Assembly: GCF_006345805.1 (NCBI RefSeq)
Contig: NC_043005.1
Coordinates: forward strand, 103,230,001 to 103,294,000
Source: Octopus sinensis
Lineage: Eukaryota
Direction of reading: 5' to 3'
DNA: 64,000 nucleotides
Under the pieces are notes generated by a model. The model did no database searches, had not been told where the DNA came from, and saw nothing but the letters and a program-made list of their open reading frames with translations. Both the position numbers and the translations under genes were made by a program. Below, piece after piece: positions 54,500-64,000 of this stretch (its first letter is position 1; each line of letters starts with the position of its first letter).

Positions 54500-54699
54500 T
54501 TCTGATTTATTATTATCATTCTTCTTCTTCTTCTTCTTCTTCTTCTTCTTCTTCTTCTTCTTCTTCTTCTTCTTCTTCTTCTTCTTCTCTTCTTCTTCTT
54601 CTTCTCCTTCTTCTTCTTCTCCTTCTTCTTCTTCTTCTCTTCTTCTTCTTCTTCTTCTTCTTCTTCTTTTTCTTCTTCTTCTTCATCTTATTACTATTA

Positions 54700-54750
<51 letters not shown>
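54500..54750. repeat. (TTC)n/(TTA)n microsatellite
   Basis: Direct inspection. Confidence 0.9.
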
Positions 54751-54752
<2 letters not shown>

Positions 54753-55149
54753 AATTAATCAATCAATTAATTAATTACTAAATTAAAATAATATCTTTAA
54801 ACATAATTATTTAGTATAAAGAAGAAGTCTTATTTGTAATATATAATTAAATTTAAATTACTAATATAATGATGTATTTCACATTAACGACATGGATTAG
54901 CACTAGAAACATTCAAAATATTTGAATTAATTCACTATAAATTAAGTTTCCTAATTCCATATTATATAGATTAAGATGATAAAACTTAAAGATATACATA
55001 CACACACACACACATATATAGACATATATTCACATATTCACATATATATATATACATAGACACAAACATACAAATACATAGATATATTTATATGTGTGTG
55101 TGTGTATGTGTGTGTGTGTATGTGTGTGTGTGTATATATACATATAAAA

Positions 55150-55620
55150 TACAATTGGGACAAGAACGTAAAACCTCCAAATAGACGATTCAAAAAACAC
55201 GGACGGGTCATTCGAAGCCTTTTATCTTCAGTCAAGAACCAGATTATCCTCGCAATTTCGGCTGATTAATCTTGAGATTGCTCCAATCTGGCCAGCCCCA
55301 AGGAAAAACTAAGCTAAGCTCATTAGATTCCTCGGAAAAAAGAATCGAATGTGTACGAAACAAAGACAGAAAAACGGACGATGTTACTCGAATATAAATA
55401 CAAAAAATATATATATGAAACGAATATAAATACAAAAAAACAATAATAATAATAACAGGACATAACAACAGGCGTCTTTCGACTGGAGACGAATTGAATT
55501 CAGCTGGCGTATTGAATGAGGATTAAGCCTTCCGGCAGACTAAAGCAACGGTGTTTCCGTGCCCGTGGTCCGACGCAAAAGGGCTACTCGTCAGCCAGTG
55601 GTCACGTGAGAAAGGAAGAG
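55150..55620 (-). promoter_or_regulatory. Possible promoter/5' UTR-like CpG-enriched unique segment
   Basis: Many CpGs in non-repeat sequence, a GGTCACGTGA E-box at ~55599-55608, and an adjacent GA-rich tract; no TSS evidence. Confidence 0.25.
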
Positions 55621-55878
55621 AGAGAAAAAGAGGAACGATGAATTAAGAAGGGAGAGAAGAAAGAGAGCGAGAAAAAAAGGATTGGCGAGAAAAAAGAAAG
55701 ACAGGGATAGTGAAGAGCAAAGTAAGAAAGGCAAAGAAATGTGAGAGAGGGGGTGAGAAGCGTAGTTATACACAGATTTTTACATTTATATATATAGATA
55801 CTTAGATGTGTACGTACAACAAAATATATAGAAGTATACAACCAATATATACATATAGATATACAAACCTACATATAA

Positions 55879-55926
<48 letters not shown>

Positions 55927-56188
55927 TAATTCACATAGACGTATACACATACATCCACATACACATACATATGCATACATATATATACATACATGGACAT
56001 ATCTGTACAGATCCATACACATACATACACACACACACACAAAGAATATATATATGCATGTATCTATGTATGTATATATATATATATATATATATATTGG
56101 TAAAAACGGTAAGATAACAAAAGAAAGAGACCTCAATATTATGATATATGTAAATAGAGGAAATGATTAAATGTGTATATTATATATA

Positions 56189-56231
<43 letters not shown>

Positions 56232-56654
56232 TACACATTTGATCATTCATACACACAGGTAAACATATATGTGTGTGTGCTAGAGTGTTTGCCTGTGTAT
56301 ATAGATACATGGATCTCTGCTTATACATGTGCTTGTGTCTTTGTATGTGTATAAGATTTTGTGCCGTTGAAAATATTTTGCGCAATTACAACACTACTAA
56401 GTTCTAAATCATATCATACGATATTGAAGATTGTTCACATTTCTTGGAAAACCAAATGTAATGATGATAACTGGCACATATTTTAAAGGAACGGTAAATG
56501 GGAAATGGTAGGTGCCATCACTGTTTAAAGGTAATTTGAAAAGCTTATTTTATTTTAATTTCATACACCTGAGTTGTGTCATTCAAGTACATTATACTTA
56601 CGTCTTATCTTCATTTCACCCATCTGTTTTATATTTCTTACTTTCAGTTTTAAC

Positions 56655-56685
<31 letters not shown>

Positions 56686-56897
56686 ACCTCTCTCTCTCTT
56701 CCTTTGTTTCTCTAAATATCACTTTTTCCAAACGCCAACGCATACACGAATATGCATCTAAGTTTGTCTAAAATGTGTCTGTAAACGTACGTACGCGAAA
56801 ATACAAGTCTTGTTCAAACACACGTATATGTCTACATACATATATACATGCATACATATCTGCATATCTCTCTCTCTGTATATATATATATGCGTGT

Positions 56898-56955
<58 letters not shown>

Positions 56956-57250
56956 CATATGTAAAGATATAGATAACTAGAGAGATATAAATATATAAAT
57001 ACGTACATATATGGGTTGAGTCTGTGTGTGTCTGTGAGTGTGTAAGAGTGTGTGTGTCTGTGTTTATTTGCGTGTATATATGCGTGTGTGTTTATTTATA
57101 TATGAATAACTGAAGAAATCGTAGAAGTACAATGTGTTATTTTATATAAAACAATGGACTAATTCACCTTATATATGTCGATATTTCAAATTGAGGAAAC
57201 TTCTTAACAATTTGAATAACAGCAATAGATAATTGAAGCTGAATATTATC

Positions 57251-57407
57251 CAGGAGTAGCTGTGCGGTAAGTAGCTTGTTTACCAACCACACGGTTCCGG
57301 GTTCAGTCCCACTGCGTGGCACCTTGGGCAAGTGTCTTCTGCTATAGCCTCGGGCCGACCAAAGCCTTGTGAGTGGATTTGGTAGACGGAAACTGAAAGA
57401 AGCCCGT

Positions 57408-57447
<40 letters not shown>

Positions 57448-57673
57448 TGTGTGTGTTTGTGTGTCTGTGTTTGTCCCCCTAGCATTGCTTGACAACTGAT
57501 GCTGGTGTGTATACGTCCCGGTCACTTAGCGGTTCGGCAAAAGAGCCCGATAGAATAAGTACTGGGCTTGCAAAAAGAATAAGTCCCGGGGTCGTGTTGC
57601 TCGATTAAAGGCGGTGCTCCAGCATGGCCGCAGTCAAATGACTGAAACAAGTAAAAGAAAAGAATAAAAGAAT
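57251..57673 (+). mobile_element. tRNA-derived SINE family B, full copy
   Basis: tRNA-like head, internal (TA)n/(TG)n, 3' (AAAGA)-type tail. Confidence 0.88.
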
Positions 57674-58189
57674 CTTCATTCATTTTAAGCGTCTACAGCA
57701 TGTGGGTACGACAAATCGCTACATGTTGAATGTAAAATAATATATTATTTTCTATGAAAATTATATGCATTAAATGGCTTCTTCCGTTATTTTTCATGTA
57801 GCTTATGCAATGTATGTATGTATGCATGCAGACATACATGCATGTATATATGTGCTTCCTTCGTCATGCGTTTATGCTTTCACGTGTGTGTAAAAGTAAA
57901 ACGAAAATACACGATACATGATGTAGAATTTATTTTGTAAATGTAAAAGTCTTTCTGTTACCAATCTGAGGTCATCGAAATTCGCAACTCGTAATTTCGA
58001 TATGAAACATTAAATAATAAACACTTAGTCATTTATTCATTTTGATTAGAATAACATTTATTTCCAAGTTTTACATTTCAGCTTTTAAGTATTTCTAAAA
58101 TCCAGCTCCATTTACATTATAGTATTTAATATTTTCTTCTGTAGCACAATGCACTTTTCTCATAACTTATGGCGAAATTTCGTATTTCG

Positions 58190-58602
58190 TTATTGCCCAC
58201 AAGGGGTTAAACATAGAGGGGACAAACAAGGACAGACAAACGGATTAAGTCGATTACATCGACCCCAGTGCGTAACTGGTACTTAATTTATCGACCCTGA
58301 AAGGATGAAAGGCAAAGTCAACCTCGGCGGAATTTGAACTAAGAACGTAACAGCAGACGAAATACCTATTTCTTTACTACCCACAAGTTGCTAAACACAG
58401 AGAGGACAAACAAGGACAGACAAACGGATTAAGTCGATTATATCGACCCCAGTGCATAACTGGTACTTATTTAATCGACCCCGAAAGGATGAAAGGCAAA
58501 GTCGACCTCGGAGGAATTCGAAATCAGAACGTAACGGCAGACGAAATACGGCTACGCATTTCGCCCGACGTGCTAACGTTTCTGCCAGCTCACCGCCTTT
58601 GT
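58190..58602 (-). mobile_element. SINE family C dimer
   Basis: Two units with a ~184-bp period plus one tRNA-like head at ~58545-58600. Confidence 0.88.
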
Positions 58603-59974
58603 GGCGAAATTCTTGTTACCATTTATACCTACATTTTATATAAACATTTTTGTAATATTTATGAACTATTCAATTAAAACGGGCAGAAGGATACCCAGAA
58701 GGAATTAAAATAGGGAATTATAAAAATGAATAACATATATGAAGCGAAGAGAAATAATAAGGAAATGACTGCAAAATTCAAGACGCTATATCTTATGAAA
58801 AGAAATAAAACATGACGGGACGGTTATTTCTATTAAATTCAAATACTAATGTATATATAAAATTACACACACACACACGCACATACATACATATATGTGT
58901 GTGTGTGCGTGTGTGTATTCTAGTTTAGAAATCCTATCTCTAGATAGACAATATGAGTGAAATAAATGAAACGGTGCATATGAAACAAAAGCTAGCGTAT
59001 AAATATTTTGCTCTTTGATGTTAACTATCGACAGAAGCGTAAGCAAAATCGTTGCATGATTATATAAAATACTAATTCCGTATGACAGTGAGATAAAATT
59101 CAATGAATAAATAATAACAAATCAAAGTAAATTTATTTTCGCATTTTTAATGCAGAGAAAGTCAGCTTAGAAACGCGAAAAACAAAATGAAATGGAGGAA
59201 AGAAGGAATCTATAATTTTTTATGCAAAAAATATTCATGCATAAGTGAGATAAGAAATGAAGCAACATCTGCAGGTAACATGTAAACTTATAAGATGTGT
59301 GATTGTATGAACTACTGCAGACGATTATTTACGTGTAAAGCAAATTAGAACACGTTTAAAAAAATAGCTTAAGATAAAGAAACTGTTAGAGATAAAACGT
59401 GTTGAAAAAATGAAATGGCGATCAAATGTAGAGTTGTCACTGATAAAGTCATTTAGATTAGAAAGTATATATAGTTAAGTGTTAGAAAAGAAAAACAGCA
59501 TTAAGCTATTTTTGATAAAGTTACAGTTTTGAAAAGTTACTAATCTTAATTATGTAGAGTTCACGAGAGAGTACACAACTCTAGATTATATTTGTTACTA
59601 CTAAGAAACACTAGTAGGCAATACAATAGAATTAGATAAGAATCGTGAGTCAGTTATGAGAGAATATAAAGGTGAGATTATTGCCTCCGAATGAAAACAG
59701 AGATAGAAAATTAAGTGGAGATGTATACAGAGGTTACTAGAGAGTCAGAATAATAGGACAAATGTATAATACCAAAGGAGTGCAGATTTATGTGTAATGG
59801 AACGGGAGAAAATACGTGTGTAATGATACGACAATTAGATTAATCAGATACGATTTAATTACTAATTAATTTAGATTCAGAAATAAGTGCAAAAGAAGCA
59901 GTGGGGAAATAGATCTTGAATAACATTCAAAAATAAAAAAAACAAACATAAAAACAATGAAGTCACACAATTCT

Positions 59975-60185
59975 GAGCACATCCAGAATCGCTAGCACGC
60001 CGAGCAAAACGCTTAGTAGTATTTCATCCGTCTTTACGTTCTGAGTTCAAATTCTGCTAGGGCTGACTTTACGTTTTATCCTTCCAGGTTTGATGAAATA
60101 TACATCAGTTAAAAGCTAGGCTCGATATATTCGAATCACACCCTCCCACGAAATTCCGGGTCCTTATCCAGGATTTTAAACCCAA
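59975..60185 (+). mobile_element. Diverged SINE family C
   Basis: CAGAATCGCTAGCACGCCGAGCAAAACGCTTAG..TTACGTTCTGAGTTCAAATT. Confidence 0.7.
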
Positions 60186-62197
60186 TATCATATGATTGAA
60201 AACGAAATCAATCTGTATACCAAGTGCACAAATATCTACTACATATGTGGGGAATTCTGCCTGTGGGTGTGTTTGTGGAGTTGTTAGCTAACTCCTCCTA
60301 CATCGTTTTATCGAAACTTGACACGTGAGTAGAACTCATGTTTGGATGTCTCATGGCATACTCAGATTTGTTGCAAAAATCGATAATAGGGCCCCTGGAA
60401 GGGATCCTTATATATTTAATATTTTTCATTTTAACAGCCAAGGGAAATAACCTCATCATTTTCCTAAATCATTTGGTATAAATCAAATTGAGTATGTTTT
60501 TTTCTTAGTATTTGAACTGTTAGAGTTAATTTCGCAATTTATCCAGTACAGCCCTTAAACAATAAATAGTATCTTCCGAAACAATAGATCCAATTATTTC
60601 GGTTAGTGACTTATTCACGAATATACCAACATTAGTGCCACTGAGGATAATATACTCTGGGAACGCACAAAAGCTCTTTTCAGAGTTATTTACTTTGAAT
60701 GAGATAATATCTCATATCTGATTAGCTTGTTATTACGTAGCATGCTTCATGATTTTAGTATACATACCTTATTAGTATTTCTTCCTAGGTTCTATATTCT
60801 CTGGGAACGCAATAAAACTCTTTTCGGGGCTACTTTATTTGACTTCTTAGTATCGGGTAACTAATTTCATGTTATTACATAACTGACTTCTTTACAATTT
60901 GAATATTCATAACTTACAGGGAATTCCTAAAAACAAGATCACATGTAAGACAGTTTGGTATTCTTTGTAAATGCACAAAAACCGTTTTAAGAGCTACATA
61001 CTTCGTATTGTTGTTATTGGATTAGCAAAACAGTTATGAGAACGGAACCAAGGGATAAGTCCCGTTTTCCCGGGAAGTACCAGGTACGTCAGCTAGTATT
61101 AAAAATATACAGAGATAAACAAAAACAGTATTAAAATCTCTGTCTATATATATATTCACATTTTCGTTCCTACATTCTTTTTTACATGTTTTCTTAACGA
61201 CAGATATCTTTCTTGTACATCTTTCCTCTCATGAATCATTCTTGCACTTTTCTAACTCGTCCCATTTTCAGTGTTTTCTCTTTGTGCTATAATTTTGTTT
61301 ATCCCACTCCAATTTATCCACTAGGTTTAATCAGTACTCACAAGCATTCTTGAACCTAGGCAAGAGATGCTTCATCTGCCTATCAACATAATATAATATT
61401 TCCACGAAAAGCACACTCATATCAGCTACAATAGAATATTAGTACTGTGCCTGACAGTATGGTATGGTTTCAACTAATAGAAGTACTTTGGCCTATGTTT
61501 GGTTTATGCACGGGTGTGTGTGTGCGCGCGCACCTGTGTACGAGAAGCAATAAAAAGATATGCTAAATGAAAATACTGAATGAGGGACAAAAATATATTT
61601 TTATAAAACTGTATCGCACATTTACTGTCTAATATTGTAAGCTTTAATTTGTCATATCATTTTTGTGTTTGTGTACATGTATATGTTACAGACTGGTGGT
61701 AAGATAGTATGGGAAGGCTAGTAAGAGTGAGTGTGCCATCTGTTGTGCACATATCTTTGTGTGCATGCACTAAACCTGTATCAGGTCAGATTGCTTGCAA
61801 TTCTGCTGGCGGGGCAATAAAGTAGGGTTTGTAGTCAGTGATTATTTTGGCCATTGTGAGTTCTAGCATGTGTTTGTACGTTTCGAGAAGTGTAGCTTCT
61901 GTTGCTCTCTATTGTTGATGCCTTCAGTCAGCTTCAGTCAGTTTATTACCAGGTTGGTGAGTGAATATGCGTACGTGTTAAAAAAATATAGGACAACCGA
62001 TTGATACATGGGTATGAGTGTTTGTGTGGATATGTGAGCATCAGTACAGTCATTGATCAGGTTTTTGTGTGTTCACAGAGCAGCTGTATTATGTGTATAT
62101 GTCCACATAAAGAGTACACGTAATAGTCCATATTGTATGCGTAGGTTAGTCCCAGCAACCATCTGTGCAATATGGAGTTCGTAATATTAATTGATAT

Positions 62198-62400
62198 AAG
62201 GTGGCGAACTGGCAGAATTGTTAGCACGCCGGGCAAAATGCTTAGCGGCATTTCGTCCATCTTTATTTTCTGAGTTCAAATACTGTCGAAATCGAATTTG
62301 CTTTTCATCCTTTCGAAATCGACAAAATAAGAACTCGGGTGGTGTAATCGATTTCGCCGCTTAACAAAATTGTTCTCCTTGCGCCAAAATTTCAGTTCAA
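62198..62400 (+). mobile_element. SINE family C
   Basis: GGTGGCGAACTGGCAGAATTGTTAGCACGCCGGGCAAAATGCTTAGCGGC head and conserved body. Confidence 0.8.
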
Positions 62401-62408
62401 TATTAACT

Positions 62409-62462
<54 letters not shown>

Positions 62463-63900
62463 GATGTGAAAGCATTCGCTTTTTGCGTATATTGTACACA
62501 TGAGTTTAAGTGGTGATTTCATGCTAAATTGGGTGTGCCCTCCAGAGAGTTCTGTGCATACGTGGCTACCACGGTGTATATGTTTGTTTGTATGTATCTT
62601 TGGGTGTGAATGCAAGGCTTGCTGACTGTATTTGCGTGTGTGTGTGTATTTTTGCGTGTTTGTGTGTGTGTGTGTGTAGTGGTGTATGTGTGCAGATCTT
62701 TCGGTTTGGTTTTGTCGAGTGATTGCGCCTGTTATTACAGATTTGTGAAAAACATACTGTATGGTATAGCCAAATTGATTGATGCGGGTAGTTGAGTTTA
62801 TGTCCAATACATCTGGTGGGCTTTGCATGTGTGCGGGTAATGTGGAATGCAGTCTGTTCATGTGCCAAAAGTATCCACGCGTTCGGTGGTTTACGACTAA
62901 AGCATGTAGTAATGGGCACGCTAAGATTTCATTGTGCGTATATGCAATAAGTATGTGGATGAGATAAATACATCTTATCCATCTGGGTTGTGTTGCGTTG
63001 GAAATGGAGATAGATCCTGAGGGTCTTGATTCAGCATGTGGTGAAGATTTCGGAATAATTCTGCTTAAAGTAACAGTTCAACCAGCTAAAATAAGCACTA
63101 TTTTCAAACCAGAACACACTATTTTCAAACCAGAACAAAACAAGATAAACCAAAAAAAAGCACACACAATGATGTAGTCGTAGACACGAAACAGAAAAGT
63201 TGGCCCCGAGACACGAAATGCCTTGTATGGTTTATTTTTCCTTTGGTTTTCAATGTGGCTCTCTTCTCTATTCTTATTTCCTAAAATACGTTATCATATC
63301 CCATATAAAGAGAGATAAAACAACAGTTTATATGGTAAGTTTGTGCATTATTTGAATATCTGTTGGAACGCTATTCAGCGACGATATGTAAATGACAAAA
63401 CTATTCGTATCTCTAGTTAGATACGTGCTTCGGTGTAACAGGTATTATTATCCGCAGCATGGTGCTGGGGACGCAAAGATTCTGTACAATCAACTCAGAA
63501 TCATTGCATCTCCGAAGCATATACACATACATTCACATAAATATACACATATATTCACATACGTATACAATCACATGCTCACTCGTACACAGCCACGCTC
63601 TCACGAACACATCTATAAAGACACAAGCACACGCACTCACACACATACATACCTACAGATTAATAAAAAAGTAAGCAGAACATATAGGCTAATGGTAATG
63701 CAGAAAACTAAACCTGACATTATGTATCCAACAGTCGAAAACCTTTGGAAACTTATCTCGGTAAGAATAGAATAATTAAGAGTATACATAAGCGAATACT
63801 CTGTGAAAAGGTGTGTTAGTGGTCATTATGAGAAGACAAATGCTATAACTAGATACCATACAGTGTTCGTGTTATTCTACTATATACATTGTGTGTGTGT

Positions 63901-63982
<82 letters not shown>

Positions 63983-64000
63983 ATTATATATATATATATA

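Noticed and set aside
55545-55600. Minus-strand CTGACGA..GAAAC
   Set aside because: G.G at 10.1:11.1 and no helix I.
60235-60480. Possible non-autonomous Helitron-type element
   Set aside because: Only a vague resemblance; no 3' hairpin/CTRR end identified.
60651-61005. CRISPR-like repeat-spacer pattern
   Set aside because: Eukaryotic context, degenerate repeats, spacers ~100 bp, and no cas genes.

Overview
AT-rich eukaryotic non-coding DNA with no bacterial features and no intact protein-coding gene. The density of (TA)n/(CA)n/(AAT)n/(GATA)n microsatellites and the SINE families suggest an octopus (coleoid cephalopod) genome; this is an inference from repeat style, not a database match. 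Almost all ORFs in the track are microsatellite artefacts. Supported features: one near full-length decayed R4/Dong-clade LINE (10.9-14.7 kb), two further R4 3' fragments, an internally deleted L1/Tx1 LINE, a full-length decayed mariner, a deleted Tc1, a Helitron helicase fragment, four tRNA-derived SINE families in many copies, several local duplications and inversions, and a few low-confidence candidate exons. The main finding is a set of about 11 minimal type I hammerhead-ribozyme motifs in six short elements or families, found by hand folding. Most have a palindromic helix III, most sit in or beside (TA)n, and together they show three covariant 3:8 core pairs (C-G, U-A, G-C). Two lie in long fold-back palindromes carrying a ribozyme on each strand, one lies between 78-bp inverted arms, and one lies in a 294-bp tandem unit resembling a retrozyme. 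Catalytic activity and transcription are untested.
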